The translations under genes were made by a program, and so were the position numbers. Under the pieces are notes generated by a model. The model had not been told where the DNA came from. It saw only the letters and a program-made list of their open reading frames with translations, and searched no databases. Shown piece by piece: positions 9,939-18,229 of a DNA stretch of 64,000 nt. The first letter of the stretch is position 1, and the number at the start of each line of letters is the position of its first letter. The DNA comes from Acidimicrobiia bacterium (GTDB taxonomy: Bacteria; Actinomycetota; Acidimicrobiia; Acidimicrobiales; Aldehydirespiratoraceae), in contig JAHQYN010000002.1 of NCBI GenBank assembly GCA_024421085.1, positions 16,871 to 80,870 on the forward strand, written 5' to 3'.

Positions 9939-10766
9939 TCAGGGCAACTCGACAAGCGCGACAGTGGCCCGGTCGAGCATCTCGCCAACGGGTGGCAAGT
10001 CATCCATCTCCGCGAAATCCGGGCCGGGACGTGCCTCGACCTCGATGCGTTCGCCATCGCCCCAGCAAGCGTCGAAATCGAGGCGCCACGAGTGGAGGAA
10101 GGTGCGGTGGACGCCATCATCGTTTGCGAAGAGGGGATCGCCCATGATCGGGTGGCCAATCCATGCGAGATGGACCCGGATCTGGTGGCGCCGACCGGTG
10201 AGTGGCCGCACGAGCAGGAGTGTGTGGCGTCGGCCCGCCCATAGTCGCACGAAGAGGCTCACGGACGGGTAGCTGCGCTTGTTGTCGAACACCTCCGAAC
10301 GGGGCACGGACCAGGTGTGGGAAGCCGTGTGGGACGCCGTGTCGGCCACCGTGTCGGCCACGATGCGTTCTCGGGGTGCCGCAACTCTTACACGTTTCTT
10401 GCGCCCCTCGCTCAGGGGGAGGTCGATGACACCGCTCTCGGGCAAGCCCACCGTGCGCGTGACGACCAGATATCCCTTGTCGACGGTCCGCTTGTTGAAC
10501 TGACGGGTCAGGCCCCCGTGAGCCTCGATCGTCTTGGCAAACAGGACAGCACCGGACGTGACCTTGTCGATGCGGTGCGCTGGCATGACCCACTCGCCCG
10601 CTGCCTCAGCAAGTGAAACGATATCCCAACCGTGGCGCTCGCCGGTCACCGAGATGCTGGCCGGCTTGTTCAGGACCAGAGCGTGGTCGTTCTCAAGGAT
10701 CACATGGCGGTCGCGGATCTCGGACCAGCGCTCGGCAGGGTCCTGCGCCTCATCGTCTGGAGACAT
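9939..10766 (-). CDS. RluA family pseudouridine synthase
   Basis: Contains LVLNKPASISV, PAHRIDKVTSGAVLFAK and LTGRRHQIRVHLAWIGHPIMGD. Start trimmed to ATG 10766 because the longer ORF (to 11072) runs through tRNA-Ser. Confidence 0.85.
   Translation of the reverse strand: MSPDDEAQDPAERWSEIRDRHVILENDHALVLNKPASISVTGERHGWDIVSLAEAAGEWVMPAHRIDKVTSGAVLFAKTIEAHGGLTRQFNKRTVDKGYLVVTRTVGLPESGVIDLPLSEGRKKRVRVAAPRERIVADTVADTASHTASHTWSVPRSEVFDNKRSYPSVSLFVRLWAGRRHTLLLVRPLTGRRHQIRVHLAWIGHPIMGDPLFANDDGVHRTFLHSWRLDFDACWGDGERIEVEARPGPDFAEMDDLPPVGEMLDRATVALVELP
10315..10362. repeat. 12-bp x4 in-frame tandem repeat inside rluA-like gene
   Basis: gtgtgggaagcc gtgtgggacgcc gtgtcggccacc gtgtcggccacg, encoding ADTVADTASHTASHT. 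Confidence 0.8.
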
Positions 10767-10988
10767 CGGGATCCTCGTGATCGAGGTCAGCGATCGGTAG
10801 GCGGTATGGGAGAAGCTTGACGCTGTGTTCCTCGCAGTGCTCCACGATGTCATGGTACCGCTGGGCACCTCGGGGATGGGCTCGGGACTGCCGACGAGTC
10901 CAGTGCTTCGCTGGACCTTGCGATGCCGAAGGTCACCGGAATCGGAGTGCACCCAGGAATGCACCCGCCAGCGACAAGACCGTCTCAA

Positions 10989-11078
10989 TGGCGGAAGGTA
11001 TGGGATTCGAACCCATGGTGACCCGGAGGCCACAACGGCTTTCGAGGCCGCCCCATTCGTCCGCTCTGGCAACCTTCC
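10989..11078 (-). tRNA. tRNA-Ser (anticodon CGA)
   Basis: Hand-folded from GGAAGGTTGCCAGAGCGGACGAATGGGGCGGCCTCGAAAGCCGT...GGGTTCGAATCCC..ACCTTCCGCCA. Has a 7-bp acceptor stem, anticodon loop CTCGAAA, long variable arm, TTCGAAT T-loop and an encoded CCA. Confidence 0.85.
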
Positions 11079-11129
11079 GCCTCAGAGGCTATCGGCATCG
11101 GCACCGCGCTGCACCGCCGGACCGATGTG

Positions 11130-11918
11130 TCAGTACAAGCTTGATTCGGTGCCCGAAGAGCCCTCGCCGCGGGCCAGTGCCAACTCGGCGTTGATGCCCG
11201 CTCGCATGGCCACGAGGTCGGTGGTGACCGTGACCATGCGGAAACCCGCAGCGATCCGCTCGGGGGTCAGAGCACCGGTCGATTGGATTCCGGCGATGAC
11301 GCCGTGGGCTGTGCAGCGTTCCAGGATGAAATTGAGCGCCTCATCGAACGCCTCGGAGCCGTCGTTGTTGCCCGGAGGCAGGCCGAGGGTGATCGACAGG
11401 TCCGCGGGCCCGACATAGATCGCATCGATCCCGGGCACGGCAAGGATCTCATCGAGATTGGAGAGCGCCTCAGTCGTTTCGATCATCGGGATGCAAGCCA
11501 CGTTGCCGGATTCCCAGTTGAAGTAGTCGTGTCGCAGACCGGCCACGGTCGGACCCCAACTGCGGGCCCCGCGTGGCGCGTAGCGGCTCGCGCTCACCGC
11601 CTGTTCAGCCTCAGCAGCCGTGTTGACCATGGGGACGATCACGCCGTGGGCACCGGCGTCGAACGACTTGCCGATGATTCCGGGCTCGTTGCGGGGAACT
11701 CGCACGATGGGGCTCGACCCGCCCAACAGGATCGCCTGGATCATCGAAACGGAGTCGGAGAAGTCGAGCGGGCCGTGCTGGGTGTCGACGCACACGTAGT
11801 CGAAACCGCAGCGGGCGGACGCCTCGGCCGTCACCGTGCTGGGAATGGCCAGCCAACACCCGAGGGTCGTTCTGTCTTCCCGCCATTGTTCGCAGATTGT
11901 GGTTGCCGTCATGGGCAT
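11130..11918 (-). CDS. HpcH/HpaI family aldolase
   Basis: Contains GFDYVCVDTQHG, VRVPRNEPG, IVPMVNTAAEAEQAV, IPMIETTEAL and GIDAIYVGPADL. Confidence 0.85.
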   Translation of the reverse strand: MPMTATTICEQWREDRTTLGCWLAIPSTVTAEASARCGFDYVCVDTQHGPLDFSDSVSMIQAILLGGSSPIVRVPRNEPGIIGKSFDAGAHGVIVPMVNTAAEAEQAVSASRYAPRGARSWGPTVAGLRHDYFNWESGNVACIPMIETTEALSNLDEILAVPGIDAIYVGPADLSITLGLPPGNNDGSEAFDEALNFILERCTAHGVIAGIQSTGALTPERIAAGFRMVTVTTDLVAMRAGINAELALARGEGSSGTESSLY

Positions 11919-12266
11919 GGGTCTATCAGCCTGAGCGCGGGTTCATGCGGGTTGCCCGCGATGCCCGTGCAATACTGGGCCGGTTGGGCGCCCACGTTGT
12001 CGGCAATGCCTTCCATCTGTCGCCCACATCAAGCGACGCCGACAGCGGCATGTTGTCACGACGGCCGATCAGTTATCCTCTTCCGTGACGAGTGCGAGAG
12101 ATCGCACGCTATTGGCTGCAGCACCGACCATTTGGCCCTGTCGGGGAGGCCGGACCGGGTGATGATCGCTTCGCGGGCGAGTTGGGACTCGGCGACTCCG
12201 TGCCAGTCCGCCTCGACACCTGCTGAGCCTCACCGGGTCGATGTCTCGCCGCCTTCGGTCAACCGC

Positions 12267-12336
12267 CTTCGGCTGACAGTCTCCGGCTGACAGTTCTTGG
12301 CTGACAGTTTTCGGCCAACGGCCGTCGGCTAACCGC
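12267..12336. repeat. 14-bp tandem repeat (about 5 copies, 3 nearly perfect)
   Basis: ttcggctgacagtc / tccggctgacagtt / cttggctgacagtt / ttcggccaacggcc / gtcggctaaccgcc, abutting the sulfatase stop codon. Confidence 0.75.
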
Positions 12337-13900
12337 CATGGGCGCGCATGGTCGTCGCAGTTCGGGGGAAGCGCAGTCTTGGGCCGGCTTCGGCCCAGTC
12401 CATGTGGTCGCGGATGTACTCGTTGGTGCCGTCACGGACGGGAGTGAAGTCCCACGAGTAGTGACCGTCGATGGTCATGGCGGCGTGAAGCATCCGACGG
12501 GTCCGCTGGGAGGCCACGACCCGCTCGCGTATGTCGTTGCTGTCCCAACGCCCGGCGGTCTCAGCGGCGAAGCTTGCCGCCAGTTCGGCATGAGCAGGAT
12601 CATCGGCGAGGTTGTTGCGCTCTAGGGGGTCGGCCTCGAGGTCGTAGAGCAGGGCCGGGTCGCTGTTGCAGTGGATGTACTTGTGTCGCCCGCGGCGGAT
12701 CATGAACATCGGCTCAGATGTCATCTCGCCGGTGTACTCGGCGATGGTCTCATCTACGGGGTCGTGGCCCCCGGTTGCGCTCTCCCACAGGCTCCGCCCG
12801 GCCAGCGGCACGACCGGCTCGATACGGTCGGCACCGCTCGCACGGTCGCCGTCGGCATCGGCGGCGATGTCGAGCATGGTGGGCAGCAGGTCCAGCAGCG
12901 AGCAGACGTTGCCGACCGTGCCGTTGGCAACCCCGGGGCCGGCCATGATCAGCGGAACTCGCAGCGACCGTTCGAAGAAGCTCATCTTGAACCACAGTCC
13001 CCGGTCCCCGAGCATGTCGCCGTGGTCGCTCGTGGCGATCACGATCGTGTCGTCTAGCTGCCCGGTCTCCTCGAGTGCGCGGACCATGTACCCCAGCAGG
13101 GAGTCGAAGTAGCTGGTGTTGGCGTAGTAGGCGTGGCGGGCGTTGCGGCACTGGTCGTCGGTGTAGCCGATGGTGTCGGCCTGGATGCCATGACGGATCC
13201 TCAGCGTGTGGGGATCGGGAGAGTCGAGCGTGTCGTCGGGGAGGTCGATGTCGTCGTGGTCGTAGAGGTTCCACCATTCGGGTCGGGCGACGTACGGGTC
13301 GTGGGGGTGGATCATCGCGGTCGCCATGAACCAGGGTCGCTCGTCGGCATCACGGGCGAAGTCGTAGATCTGGCGGGCGGTCGAGAACCGGACTTCTTCG
13401 TCGTAGTCGATCTGGTAGGTGGCGAGTGCCTGGCCGGCGTCGGACAGGCTCTCCATGTTGTGGTACCACTTGTCGATCCGGTCGTCGGCCTCGTCCCAGT
13501 TGGGGGTCCAGGCGAAATCGGCGGGATAGATGTCGGTGTTCAGACGCCGGGTGAACCCGTGGAGCTGGTCCGGCCCCACGAAGTGCATCTTGCCGGCCAA
13601 GACGCTGCGGTAACCGGCGAGGTTGAGGTAGTGGGCCATGGTCGGCACACGCGCCGGGAACTCGGCCGCGTTGTCCCAGGCATCGACGGCGGTCGCCTGC
13701 TGGCCGGCCAGCATCGAGAACCGTGAGGGGGCGCACAGCGGAAAGTTGCAATACGCCGCGTCGAAGCGCATCCCCCGTTCGGCGAGGGCCTCCAGCGCCG
13801 GCGTACGCACCAGTCGATGCCCGTACGCACCAGTGAAATGCGGCGCCAACTGATCAGCCATCACCATCAAAATGTTGGGCTTTCCCATACCCCGCGACAC
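12329..13900 (-). CDS. betC: choline-sulfatase (sulfatase family)
   Basis: Contains NILMVMADQL, the CAPSR formylglycine motif, and GKMHFVGPDQLHGFTRRLNTDIYPADFAWTPNW, which matches my memory of BetC-type sulfatases. Confidence 0.8.
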   Translation of the reverse strand: MSRGMGKPNILMVMADQLAPHFTGAYGHRLVRTPALEALAERGMRFDAAYCNFPLCAPSRFSMLAGQQATAVDAWDNAAEFPARVPTMAHYLNLAGYRSVLAGKMHFVGPDQLHGFTRRLNTDIYPADFAWTPNWDEADDRIDKWYHNMESLSDAGQALATYQIDYDEEVRFSTARQIYDFARDADERPWFMATAMIHPHDPYVARPEWWNLYDHDDIDLPDDTLDSPDPHTLRIRHGIQADTIGYTDDQCRNARHAYYANTSYFDSLLGYMVRALEETGQLDDTIVIATSDHGDMLGDRGLWFKMSFFERSLRVPLIMAGPGVANGTVGNVCSLLDLLPTMLDIAADADGDRASGADRIEPVVPLAGRSLWESATGGHDPVDETIAEYTGEMTSEPMFMIRRGRHKYIHCNSDPALLYDLEADPLERNNLADDPAHAELAASFAAETAGRWDSNDIRERVVASQRTRRMLHAAMTIDGHYSWDFTPVRDGTNEYIRDHMDWAEAGPRLRFPRTATTMRAHGG

Positions 13901-14063
13901 TACTACCGATGCCCGAGCCAGTCTGCCCGCTTCCTTTCAGACATCTAGGGTTGGACGGTGAGCGCGACTGATAGGCAGATTGGTCGCGGGCACTCAGAAA
14001 GCGCTACAATTTGCAGGATGATCCGCCGTCAAGAGAACGCCGTTGCCGCCCCGGGGTCTGGCA

Positions 14064-15524
14064 ATGCCTGATCATGAACTGGAGGAGGCGATATTCGTAG
14101 ATCCATTCTCGATTCTGGACGTCGTCTCAGACCATGCGAAGGAGCTTTTTTGTCGCCGCAACCTGGATGCCAACACCCCAACGTTCCGTGCATTAGCGGA
14201 TGAGTTTGGTGTCACCGCCGAAGCGATTCGGCGAACCGTGCGAAGAGTCGAAAAAAGGTTGGTGGACACACTCCTCTCCGATGAATACCGCCCATTTCGT
14301 TGGCTTGTCTCGGACTTGACGCGTTCTCTTGGTTCCGCGTATCCTGTTGAGTATCTCGATAGTGTCAAGGAACTTCAACCATGGGCAAACGACCCTCCGG
14401 CAACAAGCCTACTTTTGTGGCTTGTAGGCCCTTACAACAAAAGTGACGGATGGTTGCTGAAAAAGGGCGTTTCCCCGAGTGGTCTAAAGCATGTTGTTGA
14501 AGAGCTTTGCGATCTTGATTTAGCACCAACAGTCGAGGAGATTATTTCTGAACTCTCAAGAATCGATATCGTTGAAAGCGCTGCACGTAAGCTCATTTCT
14601 GACTCGGATCGGTTTCGAATTATTGATGGACAGGTGTTCGTGTGGGGCAGAACGATCATCGATAAGGCGGTGACCGTATTGTCCCTGTTGGGCAGACCCG
14701 CGACCGACAGCGAAATTCTTGAACACATTGGGGAATACAGATCGCTCCGTTCGGTTCGTAATCGCCTCTTGGAGGAACCTGTCATCATGCGTACAGATCG
14801 GGACTATTTCGCGCTTCGCAAGTGGCCTCTTGAGGAATACTCAGGCATTTCAGAAGAAATAGCGGAACGCATTGAGCGTGCGGGTGGCGAAGCCGAACTT
14901 GAGGATGTCGTGGCTGAACTCCTCGCAACCTTCGATATCTCGGAATCTTCTATTCGCCAGTACGCTGCTGCATATCGTTTTGTTACGGACGAAGGCCGAA
15001 TCTGGCTACGAACCGACGAGGAGATTGATGTCCCCGTGAGTGCCCCTCTCACGGTGGCTGGCGCATTTCAACCTGAAGCGCGCCGGATCCGGTATGTGGT
15101 GGAAGTAAACGCCGACACGATACGTGGCTCAGGTCGAGGGCTACCGCGCCCACTCGCAATCGCGCTAGGCGCCACTCCAGGGAAGGAGGAAAATTACCTT
15201 ACACGCGAAGGAACCTTACGCGTCATATGGCGCATTGAATCAGCGACCGGACCGGATATGGGGAGCCTCAGAGCCTTTTGTGCCCGGGAAGGGGGGTCAG
15301 TCGGTGACTCCATTGTGCTTGATTTTGATATCATCGAGAAATCAGTTGATGTTTCTCTAGTCAAACCCGGGTTACCGATAAACGAACTTGTCAAGTGCTA
15401 TACGGGGATCGACGATCCCGATCCGCAGGTCGCGCTCGCCAGAGCACTAGACGTGCATCCCGAAGCCGTTCGGTCGATGCTGCGCCAACGAGGCGACGAC
15501 GCACTTGTTGACGCACTCCCATAG
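14064..15524 (+). CDS. hypothetical multi-HTH DNA-binding protein (sigma region-4-like HTH plus tandem winged-helix modules)
   Basis: The only long ORF in a markedly low-GC stretch. TFRALADEFGVTAEAIRRTVRRVEKRL resembles a sigma-70 region 4 HTH. Three modules follow, ending RFRIIDGQVFVW, DYFALRKW and RFVTDEGRIWL. ATG 14064 preferred over TTG 14043. Confidence 0.6.
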   Translation: MPDHELEEAIFVDPFSILDVVSDHAKELFCRRNLDANTPTFRALADEFGVTAEAIRRTVRRVEKRLVDTLLSDEYRPFRWLVSDLTRSLGSAYPVEYLDSVKELQPWANDPPATSLLLWLVGPYNKSDGWLLKKGVSPSGLKHVVEELCDLDLAPTVEEIISELSRIDIVESAARKLISDSDRFRIIDGQVFVWGRTIIDKAVTVLSLLGRPATDSEILEHIGEYRSLRSVRNRLLEEPVIMRTDRDYFALRKWPLEEYSGISEEIAERIERAGGEAELEDVVAELLATFDISESSIRQYAAAYRFVTDEGRIWLRTDEEIDVPVSAPLTVAGAFQPEARRIRYVVEVNADTIRGSGRGLPRPLAIALGATPGKEENYLTREGTLRVIWRIESATGPDMGSLRAFCAREGGSVGDSIVLDFDIIEKSVDVSLVKPGLPINELVKCYTGIDDPDPQVALARALDVHPEAVRSMLRQRGDDALVDALP

Positions 15525-15551
15525 CTAAATATTGATCCCGGTCTCAATACC

Positions 15552-15600
15552 CCCACTCCGACCTCAAACGCGAAGAGCCGGTTTGTCTGTGGGTGATCCA
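15552..15600. repeat. short conserved motif, copy 2 (partner at 6993-7035)
   Basis: ccccactccgacctcaaacgcgaagagccgg...gggtgatcc. Confidence 0.6.
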
Positions 15601-15688
15601 GATCGAGGCGGAGAGTCTCTACCGGCTGATCGTGTGTTGGTGAAGTTGTTTGGTGATGAACCCATATCGGTCACAGTCTGTGCATGCG

Positions 15689-16978
15689 CTATGGGCCGAG
15701 GGTCGTGACGGGGATGACCGAGACGCCGTCGGGGCGTTGGTAGGCGTATCCGCCGGTGGCGGTCACCACGGCGAGGGCTGCGAGCCTGCCGCGGACGGCA
15801 TCGTCGACCCGCCCTGCGAGCTTGGTGAGCGACACCGCTGCATGCTCGATGGCTCGCTCGCCCCCCAGTTTCACCTCGAACGCTGCCCAAGCACCGTCGC
15901 TGAGCTCGACGATGGCATCTGCTTCCAGGCCGGTCTCGTCCCGATAGTGCCCGACCCAGCCGCGCAGCGGTCCCGCGTACACCCGCAGATCGCGCATCAC
16001 GAGCGATTCGAAGAGCAGGCCGAACGTCTCGAGATCATCGAGCAACCGTTCGGGCCCGGTCCTGAGCATCGCGCACGCCAGCGCCGGGTCGACCATTTGC
16101 CGAGCGGGTGCCGAACGCAGCACAACCCTTGATCTCAGGCGAGGCGACCACGCCGGCACGTCGTCCACGACGAACACTCGCTCGAGCGCAGAGAGGTAGC
16201 TTGTGACGGTCTTCGGGTCGAGTTTGGCACCGTCCGCATCTTGGGCCAGGGTGCGCAGCGCGGCTCGGGTGGAGATATTGCGGGCCAATGACCGGAGCAG
16301 CCGACGGACACGGACCGGGTCGCGAGCGACCCCGTCGACTCGGCCGATGTCAACGCGGCTGATCTCGTCGAGATACAGCACCAGGAAGCGCTGTGCATCG
16401 TCGACGGACATCCCCAGCGTCTGCGGAAACCCTCCCCGAACGGTCCACTCCGCTGCTTCGCCGAGAGTTCGCGGCGGTGTCTCGGCTTGAGGCGCGGTGC
16501 CGTCGAATATCATCCCCAGCGAGACGGTCCCGTCTGAGATGCCTTGCTCGAACAGCGACATCGGTCGCAGTCGCACACGCCCGATTCGTCCGGCACCGGA
16601 ATGGCGCGTGATGTCGTCGGCTGGGTTCGCCGAACCGGTCAAGATGAACTGTCCGGGCTTGCGCCGGTCGTCGCTGGCACGGCGCACCGCGTTCCAGATG
16701 CCGGGAACGACCTGCCATTCGTCGATCAGCCGTGGCGTGGCGCCATCAAGGATCGACCGGGGGTCCACCTGTGCCGAGCGACGCGCGTTGGGAACCTCGT
16801 CGAGGGACACCTCGCTGGCGGCGAACTGTCGGGCGCTAGTGGCCTTCCCGCATCCACGAGGCCCCTCGAGGACAACAGTCGGCGCGAGGCGCAGCAGTTC
16901 TGCTATCTCCAAGTCGACGACCCGTGGCAGATAGCGCGTCACCTGCTTCTCGACGTCAGCGGGTTTCTTGATCTCCAC
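15689..16978 (-). CDS. AAA+ ATPase of the AAA_14/DUF4143 type
   Basis: Walker A GPRGCGKAT, Walker B LIDEWQ, then FILTGSANP. About 430 aa, the typical length for this family. Confidence 0.8.
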   Translation of the reverse strand: MEIKKPADVEKQVTRYLPRVVDLEIAELLRLAPTVVLEGPRGCGKATSARQFAASEVSLDEVPNARRSAQVDPRSILDGATPRLIDEWQVVPGIWNAVRRASDDRRKPGQFILTGSANPADDITRHSGAGRIGRVRLRPMSLFEQGISDGTVSLGMIFDGTAPQAETPPRTLGEAAEWTVRGGFPQTLGMSVDDAQRFLVLYLDEISRVDIGRVDGVARDPVRVRRLLRSLARNISTRAALRTLAQDADGAKLDPKTVTSYLSALERVFVVDDVPAWSPRLRSRVVLRSAPARQMVDPALACAMLRTGPERLLDDLETFGLLFESLVMRDLRVYAGPLRGWVGHYRDETGLEADAIVELSDGAWAAFEVKLGGERAIEHAAVSLTKLAGRVDDAVRGRLAALAVVTATGGYAYQRPDGVSVIPVTTLGP

Positions 16979-17009
16979 AGGGCTAAGCGTACACCGCGCA
17001 ACGCCCCTG

Positions 17010-17078
17010 ATGGATGTTTCAGGAACGTATCAATGGATGATCTAGGAACGTCTTGATGGATGTTTCGAGAACAACCTG
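17010..17078. promoter_or_regulatory. three tandem 23-bp iteron-like repeats upstream of the ATPase gene
   Basis: ATGGATGtttcAGGAACGTatca / ATGGATGatctAGGAACGTcttg / ATGGATGtttcGAGAACAAcctg. Relatively AT-rich, and begins 32 bp from the ATPase start codon. Confidence 0.55.
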
Positions 17079-17271
17079 ATGCGCGGACCCCGACAAGCCG
17101 GTGCTTGAGGTCGAATTCGCTGGTGGCCTGCGTGAACCTTCGGCTGCGACCCGCTGTTTGGACCCCGGCGGTCTCCACCCCCGCCAGAGGACCGGGGTTC
17201 AACGCCGAGCGGCAACGACCGCAGTTCTCCGAACCAGCGGCGCGCCGAAACGTCGCAGCTACGCTTCGCGC

Positions 17272-17952
17272 ATGACCGCGCTCGGCTCGTCCACTTCACC
17301 ACAGACAGCCGCAGACGGCGCGGCGGCCCCGTTGACCCTCCTCCTTCCACTGGGATCGACCGAACAGCACGGACCGCACCTTCCGCTCGACACCGACACT
17401 CAGATCGCGCAAGCGGTGGCCAACGGGGTGGCCCTACGCCTCGACTCGGTTCGGGTGGCGCCCGCGATCAGCATCACCGCCTCCGCTGAGCACCGAGGCT
17501 TCGCAGGCACGCTCTCGGTAGGGACTCGGGTGTTGACCGAGATGCTCATCGAGATCGTCGCCAATGCCGGACCCGAGTTCGGGCGCATCGTGGCAATCAA
17601 CGGTCATGGCGGCAACGCATATGCGCTCCGTGCTGCAACCGAAGTCTGCAAGGCCCACCGACGGGCACTCGAAGTCTGGTCGGTGCGACTCCCCGGCGCC
17701 GACGCGCACGCCGGACGGACCGAGACCTCGCTGATGCTGGCCATCGCCGAGGATCTCGTCGACCTCGACCTGGCCGAACCCGGCGCCGCCGGGCCGATCG
17801 AGGAACTGCTCCCCAAGATGATCGAAGGCGGGGTCCGCGAGGTGTCGGCCAACGGTGTGCTCGGCGACCCCACCGGTGCCAACGCGGCCGAGGGAACCCG
17901 ACTCCTGGCCGCTCTGATCGACGACGCCGTGAGCCAGCTGGCCGACAACTGA
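17272..17952 (+). CDS. creatininase family protein (MftE-like)
   Basis: Contains LLLPLGSTEQHGPHLPLDTDTQIA, INGHGGN and HAGRTETSLML. Start moved to ATG 17272. Confidence 0.75.
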   Translation: MTALGSSTSPQTAADGAAAPLTLLLPLGSTEQHGPHLPLDTDTQIAQAVANGVALRLDSVRVAPAISITASAEHRGFAGTLSVGTRVLTEMLIEIVANAGPEFGRIVAINGHGGNAYALRAATEVCKAHRRALEVWSVRLPGADAHAGRTETSLMLAIAEDLVDLDLAEPGAAGPIEELLPKMIEGGVREVSANGVLGDPTGANAAEGTRLLAALIDDAVSQLADN

Positions 17953-18182
17953 TCGACGACGCCGTGAGCCAACTGGCCGACAACTGATCGACGACGCCGT
18001 GAGCGAATTGGCCGACGACGCCGTGAGCCAGCTGGCCGACGACTAACCGACGCCGTGAGCCAACTGGCCGACAACTGATCGACGACGCCGTGAGCCAACT
18101 GGCCGACGACGCCGTGAGCCAGCTGGCCGACGACTAACCGACGATGTCGTGAGCCAACTGGCCGACAACTGATCGACGACGC
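17923..18182. repeat. minisatellite: 8+ copies of gacgccgtgagccARctggccgac, in three 91-94-bp super-units
   Basis: Copy 1 is the last 10 codons of the creatininase gene. Copies are separated by aactgatcgac, gactaacc or nothing, and each spacer carries a TGA or TAA. Confidence 0.9.
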
Positions 18183-18229
18183 ACCGCGGATTGCGGGCAA
18201 GCGGCGTCGGACAGGCTAGACAAGGCGCC

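Noticed and set aside
9939-11072. Full 377-aa version of the RluA ORF
   Set aside because: Its N-terminal 100 codons run through tRNA-Ser (10989-11078) and have no RluA similarity. I trimmed it to ATG 10766.
6993-15600. Interpreting the two shared motifs as attL/attR of an 8.5-kb integrated element
   Set aside because: There is no integrase or recombinase. The interval holds core genes (rluA-like, tRNA-Ser) with native GC, and only two sub-segments are compositionally foreign.
17923-18182. Possible CRISPR array
   Set aside because: The repeats abut or are separated by the same 8-11-nt linkers. There are no unique spacers of 25-40 nt and no cas genes nearby.
16979-18229. Search for a mycofactocin precursor (mftA, about 30 aa ending GVY) near the MftE-like gene
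   Set aside because: No small ORF with the C-terminal ...C-G-V-Y signature is visible in any frame of the flanking gaps.
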